DNA from: a virus
Lineage: Duplodnaviria; Caudoviricetes
DNA: 64,000 nucleotides
Virus record (IMG/VR): IMGVR_UViG_3300021426_000092
Coordinates: 2,837 to 66,836 of that record
Direction: 5' to 3' (one strand)
The notes beneath the pieces were generated by a model, which did no database searches, was not told the DNA's origin, and worked only from the letters and a program-made list of their open reading frames with translations. The translations under genes and the position numbers were made by a program. Below, piece by piece: positions 20,927 through 31,122 of this stretch. Position 1 is the first letter of the stretch, and every line of letters starts with the position of its first letter.

Positions 20927-21768
20927 CAGGCGCCGACTTCATCTTCCGGGTCGTCGTAGTGATAATCGTTGTCGCTGCCGGTGTTCGGGTTGTCGATTCC
21001 GAACAGGAAGTCGCCGGTATCGTCACACCAGATCTCGATCGCCTCGATATCCTCGCCCTCAGCATTTTCGGGGCTCGTGACGCACATCAGTTCCTTGCCT
21101 TCAAATTTGGAAATCTTCTCGGCATCGATGAAGAACGGGCTGTTCTTCATGTATCCGGAGGACAGGATCACCTTATTCCCTTCTACGGTTCTCACCGTGT
21201 ACGTGCCAGCGCTTTCAGTGACCCGCATCTTCTGATTCCGGAACTGCATCAGCCAGTCGAACGGAGACGGATTCTCTTCGCCGGTGCTTTCCACGTCTTC
21301 GCACTCAGCATCAATCACACTGCCATCAGTGATCCCAAGCAGGCCACCCGGGAGGGCTCTCAGTTCAGCGTCCCCATCGTCCTCATCGATGGATACGCGG
21401 CCTTCTTCGTCCCAGATCTTCATCTGCCCATCATCGATATCCCGAACGATCGGCTTGCCGTCCTGGTCAAAGATCAGCTCGACATTGCCCTTGAACGTAC
21501 CGGACATCTTGTCCTTGACCTGCATCACAGAACTCAGATCATGCTTGAAGCTGGGCTGCACGACCTCACGGAATCCGCCGCCGTCCGCAGGAACATTCTT
21601 TCTGTCGAGGGCAATGCCGATCTTCAGGGTGACAGTGCTCTCGTCGGCGTTGCGCATCACCATGCTGCCGATGGTGCGCTCCAGCATCAGGTCGAAGTTC
21701 TTCCACATCGTTTCAAACACTTCGTTCTCATGGGTGAATTTCTGTTCGTTCATTTCTTTGACCTCCAA
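20926..21768 (-). CDS. Acidic hypothetical phage protein
   Basis: 280-aa ORF with RBS, coupled to neighbouring genes; no motif recognised. Confidence 0.6.
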   Translation of the reverse strand: MEVKEMNEQKFTHENEVFETMWKNFDLMLERTIGSMVMRNADESTVTLKIGIALDRKNVPADGGGFREVVQPSFKHDLSSVMQVKDKMSGTFKGNVELIFDQDGKPIVRDIDDGQMKIWDEEGRVSIDEDDGDAELRALPGGLLGITDGSVIDAECEDVESTGEENPSPFDWLMQFRNQKMRVTESAGTYTVRTVEGNKVILSSGYMKNSPFFIDAEKISKFEGKELMCVTSPENAEGEDIEAIEIWCDDTGDFLFGIDNPNTGSDNDYHYDDPEDEVGA

Positions 21769-22005
21769 ATCAAATTGTATTATTTCTTATAAACTTGTCG
21801 CGGCAATCGAATCCGCAGAACTCAAAATAGTGGCCGTTTACCTTCGTTGTGACCCAGCCTTCCTTTTTCTTGGCGGCTTTCTCGCGGGCGTAGTTCTTGA
21901 AATCATCCTCGCAGGTGCATTGGAATCGAATGTGCTTCTTCCCGCAGCAGTCGCAGGTGATTTCGACCTCTCCTTCCCACCATCCGGTGAAGTTCGTCTC
22001 TCTGC

Positions 22006-22422
22006 TCATCCGCAGGCAGCCTCCTGAATCGTTACGACCACCCGGGGATTATCGCTATAAAACTTTCGAAGCTGGAAATCTACAACCTGAGCATCGTCAT
22101 AGTAGGCTTCCTTGTTGAGCGCATCGAGGATGATTTTAGCCACATTGTCCACGTCAGGCTTCTTCTTTGGCCGGATGATGTGCTTGAGCATCGCTTCCTG
22201 TTTCTTCTTGCTCACACTTTTCGGGATTTGGTAATAAGCAGTTACTCGCACATCGAGCTGCGCATCATCGTCGAATTTTCGACCGTTGCTCTGTCGGAAG
22301 AAGCAGGTCTTGACAAGGTTTTCATACAGAACCGTTTTTTCTTCGTTTCGAGTCCCGAATTTCTGTACCCTCGGCCTTGCTTTCCCCGTAGGCTCCCCGG
22401 GAATGGTAAAGGAAATCTTCAT
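22006..22422 (-). CDS. rusA: RusA-family Holliday junction resolvase
   Basis: FTIPGEPTGKARPR...KKPDVDNVAKIILDALN...YYDDAQVV motifs. Confidence 0.92.
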   Translation of the reverse strand: MKISFTIPGEPTGKARPRVQKFGTRNEEKTVLYENLVKTCFFRQSNGRKFDDDAQLDVRVTAYYQIPKSVSKKKQEAMLKHIIRPKKKPDVDNVAKIILDALNKEAYYDDAQVVDFQLRKFYSDNPRVVVTIQEAACG

Positions 22423-22802
22423 TCTTCCGGCCCTTCCTCTCCAAGATCCTGATTCATTGTTCTATATCCGACCAGATAGAAGTTCGCTTTTCCGTTCTTC
22501 TTTGACCGCGCCGGGAACACCGTGTATCCGTTCTTGAAAAGGATCTCGGCGACCGTCCATCGGTCCTCCTTGCTGTCGATCTTCAGATATCCTTCGTCGA
22601 ATACTGCCATCAGTAAACGCCTCCGTTATCCCACGGCCCCGGAGGGCCAATGTAGCTGACAGCATCTTTCGGTATCATTGCGGAAATCTCGTCCTGGAAT
22701 TCGATCTTGAAGCAGTCTGTCAGGTTCCCAAGGATGGTGACATTGTGGAAAATCCGCTTTCTCCAATCACGATACAGGACGAGCACATCATGGGTCTCTT
22801 TC

Positions 22803-23666
22803 TCAGCCATTCAGAAAATCCTCCATTTCATCGAATCTTTTTGCGGCTTCTTTTCTCCGCCAGCTCTTCCCTCCAAACTGCATCGGATAGCAGTCGCCAA
22901 GAATGCGATCATATATTCTTTTGTACTTCACCGAGGACTCGCGCTCCATTTCCTGAAACGTCAGATTCGTTGTGACGATCATAGGGAGCCTCTGACCACA
23001 CCGAGCATCAATGATGCTGTATGCCCGCTCCATCACATATTCGGTGTCCCGCTCTGCGCCGAAGTCATCAAACACGACGAGCTTGGCTCGATTCAGGCGG
23101 TTGATAATCGTACTTTCCTGTTCCTCCTTGTTCATAATCATTTCTGTGAGCCTCATGATCGATGTCATCACAGCCGGGATCTTATGATCGAGCAGATAGT
23201 TCACGATGCAGGCCGCGGCAAAACTTTTCCCGGTCCCGGTGTCCCCCCAGAACAGAAGTCCCTGATTCTTTTCGATCATCTCATTGAAGCCGGTGGCGTA
23301 TCGCCTGCACAGCTTCAGATTCCTTTCGTTGTACTTGGTGACTTCGAACCGATCAAAGGTCGAGTTCTTGAAACGCTCATCCAGCAGACTGGCACTGCGA
23401 AGCTTTTTGATAATCTCTTCGTCTTCGCGCTTCCTTTCAGCTTCTTCAGCGATTCGACTTGCCTCTTGCTCACAGGCGCAGGAGCAGCGAACCTTTATTT
23501 CCCGTTCTGCTCCCATATACTTCTGCGTCAGAAGAATCTGCTTCGGCTGTCCACACTTCCCACAGATCAGAAGCCCATTTTCGTCATATGTGTCCCCGGG
23601 TTTTACTTCAAGTGACGCATTGGCTCGATCTATGATCGGCTTGAGCCAGTCTGTTGGTTCCATCAT
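22803..23666 (-). CDS. DnaC/IstB-like AAA+ helicase loader
   Basis: Zn-binding CGKCG/CSC, Walker A GDTGTGKS, Walker B LVVFDDFG, IVTTNL...RIYDRI. Confidence 0.9.
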   Translation of the reverse strand: MMEPTDWLKPIIDRANASLEVKPGDTYDENGLLICGKCGQPKQILLTQKYMGAEREIKVRCSCACEQEASRIAEEAERKREDEEIIKKLRSASLLDERFKNSTFDRFEVTKYNERNLKLCRRYATGFNEMIEKNQGLLFWGDTGTGKSFAAACIVNYLLDHKIPAVMTSIMRLTEMIMNKEEQESTIINRLNRAKLVVFDDFGAERDTEYVMERAYSIIDARCGQRLPMIVTTNLTFQEMERESSVKYKRIYDRILGDCYPMQFGGKSWRRKEAAKRFDEMEDFLNG

Positions 23667-24385
23667 GATTCCTCCTTATATTCGGAGTACGGATTTTTCC
23701 TGACATCTCCGGAATCCAACGGTGGCTGTTCCGGCTTCTGCCTGAGATAATCCTTGAACGGTCTCGCTGGCCCGAAGAAGGTTTCTCCGTGCTTGATGTA
23801 ATCCTGCTGCGTTCCTTTCCGCTTTACCTGTGTGCTATAAGCGATCGTGGCCTCCAGAAGCTGTTCATGCGTCCAGCCTTCTTTACGGCGGGCCAAATAC
23901 TTTTTGTACGTTGCATCCTTCGTGACTTTTCGAGGATAGTATTTCCAGAGCTCTTCAAACTCTGGCGAATACTTCGTTTCCGGCGGAGTAGACGGAGCTT
24001 CATCATCGTTGTCAGGATCTCCGTGGTTCTTTCTGCTCTTATTGATTCGGTCTCGCTCTCTCTTTTTCAGGGCCTTATACCATTGCTCCTGCCAAGTGCT
24101 CCAATCGTGGAAGAAAAGTTTTCCGTCTTCCCGATCGATCCACCCCTCGGCTATCATTCCGTCAACGAATGCGCGAGGATCGTACGCTGTCTTTCCATGG
24201 AGAACTTCGGCAATATCGTCTTCGTCGGCATTTCCGATTTCGCCATCCTCGTCGGCGTTATCCAGTCCCCAAAGCCACAGCAGCACCAAAGCGCCTATGC
24301 ATTCAGCCGAGGACTGCCCGGTTCTTTTTGATAATCCGCGAAGTTTCTTTCCGACTATCGTTCCATGAACACTAATCCACGCCAC
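23663..24385 (-). CDS. Phage replication initiator (replisome organiser)
   Basis: N-terminal wHTH-like LVLLWLW...GWID...HDW..Q, C-terminal FEELWKYYPRK...YIKHGETF; sits directly upstream of the DnaC-like gene. Confidence 0.75.
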   Translation of the reverse strand: MAWISVHGTIVGKKLRGLSKRTGQSSAECIGALVLLWLWGLDNADEDGEIGNADEDDIAEVLHGKTAYDPRAFVDGMIAEGWIDREDGKLFFHDWSTWQEQWYKALKKRERDRINKSRKNHGDPDNDDEAPSTPPETKYSPEFEELWKYYPRKVTKDATYKKYLARRKEGWTHEQLLEATIAYSTQVKRKGTQQDYIKHGETFFGPARPFKDYLRQKPEQPPLDSGDVRKNPYSEYKEES

Positions 24386-25082
24386 CAGCTTTCACCTTTC
24401 CTTCATCGTCGCCCGATGGCGGCGGACTTTGTTTCTTCTCTTTTTCTACGTGCTGATGGAGAAATACATATTCCCCTCTCGGCCCGATGTTCTTATAGAT
24501 CCAGTTCTCACAGTCTTCCCGGGACAAGTGCCATTTCAAGACTCTATGCTCATACACGAACTCTCCGTTCGCCTTTTTCTCGTCTATTCGGTCAAGGATC
24601 TCTTTCTCCTCATAATTCGCTTCGACGAGGTACAGGTCATAGTCCTTGGCGCGGATTCCATTCATGTTGCAGGTATCAGTCGCATAGATCGCCTTTGTCC
24701 CATCTTTGAAGTGAATCTTGTACCCGCAATTCGGAACATCGTGAGACAATGGAACCGGGATGACATTACATGCTCCGTAGCCGTACATTGTCCCGATCTC
24801 AAGCTTGTCTATGCTCCTCGCTGGTACTCCAGCTTTCAGGAGCTTTCCTACCAGCCACTCGCAGCATCCGAACCGAAGCTTCGGCCGCATCTCAGCCATT
24901 TTCCTCAACGTAGTTCCCCGAAAATGATCTGAGTGTTCATGTGTCAGCAATACAAGCTTGAGATCCGGCAGATACGGTTCTACCGCCTTGAACGGTACTC
25001 CGCAGTCGATCAGTATGTAGCGATTCAAGATCACCGCATTCCCGGAAGACCCCGTGGCGATTACTTCGAACGGGATGCTCAT
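24372..25082 (-). CDS. Metallo-beta-lactamase-fold hydrolase (phage exonuclease-like)
   Basis: TGSSGNA...LIDCG...THEHSDH...HDV...YATDT...EANY...HLS motifs; adjacent to RecT. Confidence 0.88.
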   Translation of the reverse strand: MSIPFEVIATGSSGNAVILNRYILIDCGVPFKAVEPYLPDLKLVLLTHEHSDHFRGTTLRKMAEMRPKLRFGCCEWLVGKLLKAGVPARSIDKLEIGTMYGYGACNVIPVPLSHDVPNCGYKIHFKDGTKAIYATDTCNMNGIRAKDYDLYLVEANYEEKEILDRIDEKKANGEFVYEHRVLKWHLSREDCENWIYKNIGPRGEYVFLHQHVEKEKKQSPPPSGDDEGKVKAGGVD

Positions 25083-26020
25083 GCGATAGAATCAAGGTCG
25101 ATCTGCTCTGTCACATCGTTCAGATCAGGCTGCGTGAAATCGATCGGTTCCTCCTGAGAAGTGATAATCTCACCGTTTTCCCCGATCTCTGCAACCTTGG
25201 TGTCCTTCATAACGACCTGCTGCATCTCCGTAGACATGATGCCCCATTTCGAGAGAAGCTGACGAAGCATCGTTTTCTTCGCCATATCGTCGAAGTTCTT
25301 GTACCAGAACGAGGAATACTTCCACATATCCTTGTCGGAAATCTCTCCGTTCTGGATCTTCTTATACGCCGAAGCGGAGAACGCCGGAGAGTATTCATCC
25401 GCATGCTTGAGCATCTTTTCCTTGGTCCAGTAGACCGTCTTTCGGAATCCGTTCAGATATTCGAAATACGCCATATAGCCGATTACCGGAAGCGTATCGC
25501 GGAGATCATCGTCATCCACGAACTTGAACTTCGGCTTCCCGGTGAACGAGTCTCGCCCAAGGTATTCACCTGCGCGTATTTCAACGGAATCAATATCCGC
25601 ATACTGTCCGCTTCTGAGCGCGAGCTGGATCATCCCCTTGTACCCGCACACGAATACCGCCTTGGTCATTTCCGGCGTAATCAGGTTCCCTTCCCGGTCA
25701 TACTTGGCTTTCTGCTTGAACGGTACAAGGTAATACTGACCGAACTGTGGAGAATGCGCGAGTTTGAGTGATTCCCCAAGCAGGGCGCCGGCGAGGATCG
25801 TGCTCGCCTCGCACTCCTGCAATGCTGGATTCACAGCAACCGCGGAAGTGATCGCCGCGATGAACGCCTCTGCTCTCTTCGGATCACCGAGAGTATTGTT
25901 AATCAACTTCCGGTATCCCTCAGACGAAATCGCCACTGAGAACTTCGGTTTCTGCGAAACCGGTTTGTTTCCGTTCGCTGTCTGGAGACTGTTGTTACTT
26001 GTATTCGTCGACGCTGCCAT
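25079..26020 (-). CDS. recT: RecT-family single-strand annealing protein
   Basis: NPALQEC...GQYYLVPF...GYKGMIQLALRSGQY...MAKKTMLRQLL motifs. Confidence 0.92.
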   Translation of the reverse strand: MAASTNTSNNSLQTANGNKPVSQKPKFSVAISSEGYRKLINNTLGDPKRAEAFIAAITSAVAVNPALQECEASTILAGALLGESLKLAHSPQFGQYYLVPFKQKAKYDREGNLITPEMTKAVFVCGYKGMIQLALRSGQYADIDSVEIRAGEYLGRDSFTGKPKFKFVDDDDLRDTLPVIGYMAYFEYLNGFRKTVYWTKEKMLKHADEYSPAFSASAYKKIQNGEISDKDMWKYSSFWYKNFDDMAKKTMLRQLLSKWGIMSTEMQQVVMKDTKVAEIGENGEIITSQEEPIDFTQPDLNDVTEQIDLDSIA

Positions 26021-26873
26021 ATTCGTAACCTCCGTTTATCAGAAATTCTTTGAGTGCTTTCAGCTGCTTGAGCGTTCCCTTTACCGCGAACCTCGCTTCA
26101 TAAACACGCTCTTCTTCCTCCGGATCTGGAGCCGCGACGGGAGCGGAGATCTCATCGTCCTCTGTGCTTTCAATCGTTTCCTCGATCTCGGCAATTTCCT
26201 CCTGCTTCTGTTCAATCGCTTCCAGACGTTTTCTCTCCGCCTCAATCGCCTCATGCCGCTTTTTGACAGTCATCAGAGCAGAAGCGAGATCGTGGCTCAT
26301 GCGGTATTCTGCCATGATCTCTTCCTTGTCATCCTGCGTCGAGATCGCAAGCAGATCAGAGCGGACTCTTTCGATGTACGCGGCCGCCTTTTCCCGAAGA
26401 GACTTCATCGAGTCTGACAGGCCGATCTTGATCCCGGCCATTTCGAGAGACGCCAGCGAGTCATCCTTGATTCCTACGCTCTCGGAATACTCTTTGAAGA
26501 ACGCTCGCAATTCATCTTCTTTCTCCTGCCGCAGCTCGTCTTCAACCGCCTTGATTTTCTCCCTCAGCTTTTCGTCGGCGTTCTTATAAATGTTCGCTAC
26601 GCATTCTTTGTAGACCGCCTCGAAGTCCTCGTACGGCTGGAGAATCATGGACTTCACACGCTTGCGAAGGTTTTCGAGCTCCTGAAACTCTTTGTTCAGG
26701 TTGCTTCTCTCCGCCTTAACCGTTTTGTAGGTATCAGCGGTGCAGACCAGAGAAAGCGCATCCTCAACTCGCTTCTCCACCTGTTCCTTGACGCTCCTCA
26801 GCTGATTCTCAATCACCGGGAGCTGCCTCACTACGATCAACTGGGTTCCATTTTCTTCTGGCAAGTTACTCAC
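25995..26873 (-). CDS. DUF1351-family coiled-coil protein
   Basis: QLPVIENQL...RSNLNKEF..LE..RK.VK..IL.PY..FE pattern; upstream of RecT. Confidence 0.75.
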   Translation of the reverse strand: MSNLPEENGTQLIVVRQLPVIENQLRSVKEQVEKRVEDALSLVCTADTYKTVKAERSNLNKEFQELENLRKRVKSMILQPYEDFEAVYKECVANIYKNADEKLREKIKAVEDELRQEKEDELRAFFKEYSESVGIKDDSLASLEMAGIKIGLSDSMKSLREKAAAYIERVRSDLLAISTQDDKEEIMAEYRMSHDLASALMTVKKRHEAIEAERKRLEAIEQKQEEIAEIEETIESTEDDEISAPVAAPDPEEEERVYEARFAVKGTLKQLKALKEFLINGGYEYGSVDEYK

Positions 26874-27099
26874 TCCTTATCTTTAATTGGAAATCCCCCC
26901 ACATGTCAGTTCTGTCAGACGGGTCCGGAAAACGTAACTCCTAAGCTCGTCTTCGAGAAGCCTGTAGTATGGCGGGCTTCCAATTTCATACCGATTCTTT
27001 GCTTTTCGGTCTGTGTACCGGCGAATATCCTCGACCTCCTGCTCGGTCAGTATCCGATCATAATCTTTGAAGATGCCGATCAGTATGCCGGCTATCTTT

Positions 27100-27795
27100 T
27101 CATTTATTCCCGGCATCCCATTCATCCCAGTCATCCTCATACCAAAAATGATTCCCGTAGCCACCTTCAAATCTCGTCCGCAGCGTAATCGATTTGCTGT
27201 TCCACTCAAGGAATACATATTCTGTGCTCATTGGCCTTCTGGTCTCTTTGTGCCAAACTTCCAGCTCCTTCTTCGCAATCCGATACAGTCGATCAATAAC
27301 GGGATTGTCTTCCGACCATCCCATCCACTGATCTTTCTGCGTACAGACGCTTTCCACGCTGCCCGGATATCCATCGTTATCTGCGCGGTTGAAAACGCAC
27401 CAGCAGGCAGATCGGAGTCCTTTGTCCGTGTTGTACTGCATCGGGTAAAGGAGTTTCGCAATGGTCTCAGCTTCCAGCTCAATCGTGTCTTTCTGCTGAT
27501 CTACCAGATCAAATCCATATTGTGCTTTCAGCTCTTCTTCGATCCTCGCTCTTTCCTGGTCCAGCCTCGCAGAGAACTCCGTCTCCATCTCCTCGATGGT
27601 TCGTTCTCTCGCAGAATTGCTTACCACGTTCAAGCTTACGATAAACGTAATCGCAATTGCGGCCACGAGGGCCGCCTTGTTCACGGCTTTCGTGTTCCTC
27701 CGATAGAACCTCACTGCCGCCGCGGCAGAACGTCGGATCAGGTCAGATGCGATTTCTGCGATCGTTCCGAACGCGAGTTTTGTTTCTTGTTTCAT
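27100..27795 (-). CDS. Membrane-anchored SleB-like cell wall hydrolase domain protein
   Basis: Hydrophobic segment AALVAAIAITFIVSL, coiled coil, then WCVFNRAD...YPGSVESVCTQKDQW. Confidence 0.6.
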   Translation of the reverse strand: MKQETKLAFGTIAEIASDLIRRSAAAAVRFYRRNTKAVNKAALVAAIAITFIVSLNVVSNSARERTIEEMETEFSARLDQERARIEEELKAQYGFDLVDQQKDTIELEAETIAKLLYPMQYNTDKGLRSACWCVFNRADNDGYPGSVESVCTQKDQWMGWSEDNPVIDRLYRIAKKELEVWHKETRRPMSTEYVFLEWNSKSITLRTRFEGGYGNHFWYEDDWDEWDAGNK

Positions 27796-27854
27796 CTCTG
27801 TTACCTCCTGTTTTCGTCGGAACAAGTAATTCAGCGTCAAGCGGAAGAATCCTT

Positions 27855-28379
27855 TTATAGCTCAGGCGCTTCACCCTTCTCCCTTTTGTTTGTTACTTTC
27901 TCGCATATAATCTCCAGCTCGCTGGATGTGCACTGCAATGATTTGAAAAACTCGACGACTTCTTTGAGATCTTCTATCTCATCTTCGTCAACATGCCCGT
28001 CCTCCGCTATGTCGAGCAGCTTATCCTTGACCTTCTGTAGATCGGAAATCCTCAGCCCTCGCAGAAGCTTTACCGTTACTCGGTCGATACCATGATTCTC
28101 CGTAGACAGCGATCGTCTGCATCCAATCGGACATTCGTTCAGACAATAATGATTCAGGAGCTCCGGAGCATTGTACAAATCTGCAAGCAGAACCGCACTG
28201 TCAACCGGGATGATCTTGTTGACGCCATTTTCGATTCTCCGCAGCGCGTCTACAGAAATTCCGAGTTCCGATTCGACGCCTTCACGGCTGCCGAGTCTTT
28301 CGTTCCACTTTGAAGCCTTCATTCTGGCTTCAAACCATATATTCCCTGCTGCTTTCTGTGCGTCTCGTCCCATTTTCAT
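27855..28379 (-). CDS. XRE-family HTH transcriptional regulator (CII-like position)
   Basis: SREGVESELGISVDALRRIENG...LLADLYNAPEL..HYC..ECPIG. Confidence 0.75.
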   Translation of the reverse strand: MKMGRDAQKAAGNIWFEARMKASKWNERLGSREGVESELGISVDALRRIENGVNKIIPVDSAVLLADLYNAPELLNHYCLNECPIGCRRSLSTENHGIDRVTVKLLRGLRISDLQKVKDKLLDIAEDGHVDEDEIEDLKEVVEFFKSLQCTSSELEIICEKVTNKREKGEAPEL

Positions 28380-28427
28380 TCGCTCCTGAATCGCCTATAA
28401 TATAGCCACGATGAGTCATCGGTCATT

Positions 28428-28443
28428 ATTACCGGTCGGTAAT
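28428..28443. promoter_or_regulatory. Palindromic operator ATTACC-N4-GGTAAT
   Basis: ATTACCGGTCGGTAAT just downstream of cro, next to a TTGAAA -35-like hexamer. Confidence 0.8.
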
Positions 28444-28461
28444 TTTCAAGCAAAAAAAGAA

Positions 28462-28686
28462 TCAGACATTCCCAATTGGAAGAATGCCGTCATACAAAAA
28501 TTCATTGAACTGCGAGGGGGTGAGATCCAAGATCTTCATGATTGCGACTTTCTGATCGTCTGAGAAAGCAATCTTCCCATTCTCCTTCGATGCGTATGTC
28601 GAGGCGGGGATTCCAAGCTTCTTCCCCATATCCTCTTGACTGTAACCGAGTCTTGTCCTGGCAGCTTTAATCTCCAGCGATTTCAC
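28462..28686 (-). CDS. Cro-like XRE HTH protein
   Basis: IKAARTRLGYSQEDMGKKLGIPASTYASKENG; GTG start with RBS; divergent from the repressor. Confidence 0.85.
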   Translation of the reverse strand: MKSLEIKAARTRLGYSQEDMGKKLGIPASTYASKENGKIAFSDDQKVAIMKILDLTPSQFNEFLYDGILPIGNV

Positions 28687-28724
28687 CTGCTCACCCTCTT
28701 TCCATTGTGTTTTTCTTTGTCTAC

Positions 28725-28753
28725 ATTCTATATTACCAGTCGGTAATTGTCAA
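28725..28753 (-). promoter_or_regulatory. Lytic (cro) promoter with operator between -35 and -10
   Basis: Minus strand TTGACA-attaccgactggtaata(17)-TAGAAT; operator ATTACCAGTCGGTAAT at 28732-28747. Confidence 0.85.
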
Positions 28754-28842
28754 TAGGATTATTGCAGTTTTTCAAAATTTGTTGCTATTATTTCTTAAAT
28801 GCTGTAAAATTTATAAAGATAATCGAGAACGGAGGAATTCAA

Positions 28843-29235
28843 ATGCCTATCATCGATAATGCTGAACTTTTCGGTACTCTGAGGGATCGCCTCATTTTCT
28901 TAATGAAAGACCGTGGCCTCTGGGACGGCAAGCGCCCAAATCTGATTCCGTTGGCAGAGGGCCTGAACGTATCTACTGCCGCACTCAGCCGCTATCTTAG
29001 CGGGCACCGGAACCCCGATCCTGCTTACATTGCCTCACTCGCAAGCTACTTCAATGTTTCGACTGACTGGCTACTTGGGCTTACCGACGATTCAAAGCGG
29101 CACACTTTGGATGACTCCCCCAAGATGCCGGAGCTTCCGGAAGATGAGACCGAACGTATTACCGCTCTCTATGCCAAGGCATCAGAAAAAGATCGGCAAA
29201 TAATCAACGTCATTCTTTCCAAGTACAAAGGCTGA
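28843..29235 (+). CDS. CI-like XRE repressor
   Basis: LAEGLNVSTAALSRYLSGHRNP...LASYFNVSTDWLLG; divergent from cro. Confidence 0.85.
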   Translation: MPIIDNAELFGTLRDRLIFLMKDRGLWDGKRPNLIPLAEGLNVSTAALSRYLSGHRNPDPAYIASLASYFNVSTDWLLGLTDDSKRHTLDDSPKMPELPEDETERITALYAKASEKDRQIINVILSKYKG

Positions 29236-29251
29236 CAGGAAGGATGATTTC

Positions 29252-30475
29252 ATGATTTATCAGGAGCGAGACAAGCGTATTGCTGTTCTGCGTCATGCAG
29301 ATAAATCCACAGAAGAACTAAAGCGTCTCCCTTATATGTCCAAGACCTACAACGAAGCATGGCTTCAGGAGTTGATAGACGATTATCCAAGCGTTCTCCC
29401 GATGCATCAGTTCGGAGACGACTATTCGAACCTGATTTCTTTGGGCCGTGAGATCGAAGTCTATGACGGACAGCATTACGGATATATTGATAATCTCCTT
29501 ATCTCCCCTTCCGGTCATGTTGTTATCGTAGAGACTAAACTTTTTCGGAATCAGGAGTCCCGTCGCACCGTTGTCGCGCAGATCCTCGACTATGCCAAAG
29601 AGGTCCGAAAATGGGACGCAGAAAAGCTTGACGAGGCAATTGCGGACTACACCCATGCCAAGTACGGCCAATCCTATCGGATGATCGACCTGATGTGCGC
29701 AGCAGGTTATCTGACCTTCAGCGACGAGGCAACATTCACGGACAACGTAAACCGCAATCTGTCCAACGCATCGTTCCTTCTTGCTATCGTAGGCGATGGC
29801 ATAAGCAGCGGTGTAGCGAGCATCGCAGATTTCCTGAACCAGAATGCTCCGTCGCGGGTAAATCTGGCTCTGATCCAATTGGATCTCTACGAGCTGAACG
29901 GCGATGTGATAGTCATACCAAATACGCTGACGAGAACATCAGTCATTGAGCGCTTTGTCACTACAGTGTCCAATGCTCCCGTCAGAATACCGTCGGATCT
30001 GTCTGTGAAAGCAGATGTAGACAAGCCGATTCTGAGCCGTACTGAATTTATCCGCCGGTTTGCAGAACTTGGAGGCTATTCGGCAGATGCCATAACTGAA
30101 TTCATAGGTGACGCCGAAATGATCGACGGGATCTTCGTGAACATTGCGCCTACCGAGCTTCATCTGCGTTGTGCGATTGATAATTCAACAGTCGCCTTAA
30201 TCATCTTCGCCATTCCAGAGTACAAGCATGCCGATCTGTACATACGTCCAGATCGTTTCAGAAAGAAGCTCGAAGTCAGCGGCAGGCTGCCGGCAGACAT
30301 GAATGATTTCCTTGATTTCTTCAAGCCCTACTGCGATCTTCAGCGATGCAAAGCAGCTCCATACGAATTCGGTGAGAACCGTTTCTACTACGCTAACGTC
30401 TCCAAAGTCATAGAGGACAAGCAAAAATTCATTAAGGCGTTCGAAGATCTTGTTGCCAAAATCAGAGAGACATGA
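29252..30475 (+). CDS. PD-(D/E)XK nuclease-domain protein (NucS/restriction-endonuclease-like), co-oriented with the repressor
   Basis: EAWLQELI...GREI...IDNLL...VIVETKL..NQESRRTVVAQILDYA motif series. Confidence 0.75.
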   Translation: MIYQERDKRIAVLRHADKSTEELKRLPYMSKTYNEAWLQELIDDYPSVLPMHQFGDDYSNLISLGREIEVYDGQHYGYIDNLLISPSGHVVIVETKLFRNQESRRTVVAQILDYAKEVRKWDAEKLDEAIADYTHAKYGQSYRMIDLMCAAGYLTFSDEATFTDNVNRNLSNASFLLAIVGDGISSGVASIADFLNQNAPSRVNLALIQLDLYELNGDVIVIPNTLTRTSVIERFVTTVSNAPVRIPSDLSVKADVDKPILSRTEFIRRFAELGGYSADAITEFIGDAEMIDGIFVNIAPTELHLRCAIDNSTVALIIFAIPEYKHADLYIRPDRFRKKLEVSGRLPADMNDFLDFFKPYCDLQRCKAAPYEFGENRFYYANVSKVIEDKQKFIKAFEDLVAKIRET

Positions 30476-30476
30476 C

Positions 30477-30510
30477 GAAGAAGCCGGGTTGCAACCCGGC
30501 TTCTTCTTTT
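30477..30510 (+). terminator. Intrinsic terminator ending the cI-nuclease unit
   Basis: GAAGAAGCCGGGTT-GC-AACCCGGCTTCTTC followed by TTTT. Confidence 0.85.
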
Positions 30511-30876
30511 ACTTACTTTCTGGATTCTGATGCTGCTCGAATCACATCCACGATTTGGCTGTCGATTACGATTCGGTCAATGTCCTCTTTTAGCCGCCCG
30601 ATCCACCACTCCAAGGAGATCGCCGCTTCAGACTCTCCGCATTTGATTCTTTCCAATTCACTTTCGACCTGCATGATGTCATGGATCATCGCCTGAATCT
30701 TCTTGTTCATGATTACGTCCTCCAGAATAATGGACACCCGTTCACAGGTAACAAGCACCTATTCTATTATTTGCATGCTGTAACGGACCCTGTGCGAGTG
30801 TCGGGTCTTTCCCCTTGTTTTTTCCCGTAACTCCATTCTGGATTTTTCTGGAGAATTATTCAATACTGAGAAGCGA

Positions 30877-31122
30877 TCATGATGGTTTTCGATGTCTCTT
30901 TTCCCGGTTGCTAGCCAAAGTCTCTTTCTGTAGGCATCCGCACGAACGAACAGTCTGTCTACGAAGTTGATCCCCTCTCACATATTTGATGTTCCCGCAC
31001 TTACACTGGCACTTCCATACGGCCACTACTTTCCCGCCCTCGTTTGAGACGTAAGAGCCGCTGCGTTCCAGAACCGTAAGTCTGCCAATCTTCTGACCTT
31101 TCATGTCAATCAGCTGTCCCAC
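30877..31122 (-). CDS. Stand-alone Zn-binding module of the type found N-terminally in AP2/HNH endonucleases
   Basis: DMKGQKIGRLTVL...WKCQCKCG...SCGCL. Confidence 0.65.
   Translation of the reverse strand: MGQLIDMKGQKIGRLTVLERSGSYVSNEGGKVVAVWKCQCKCGNIKYVRGDQLRRQTVRSCGCLQKETLASNREKRHRKPS

Noticed and set aside
28373-28401. PRE-like plus-strand promoter (TATAAT at 28396) for repressor establishment
   Set aside because: The -35 is poor (TTTTCA) and cannot be supported without TSS data.
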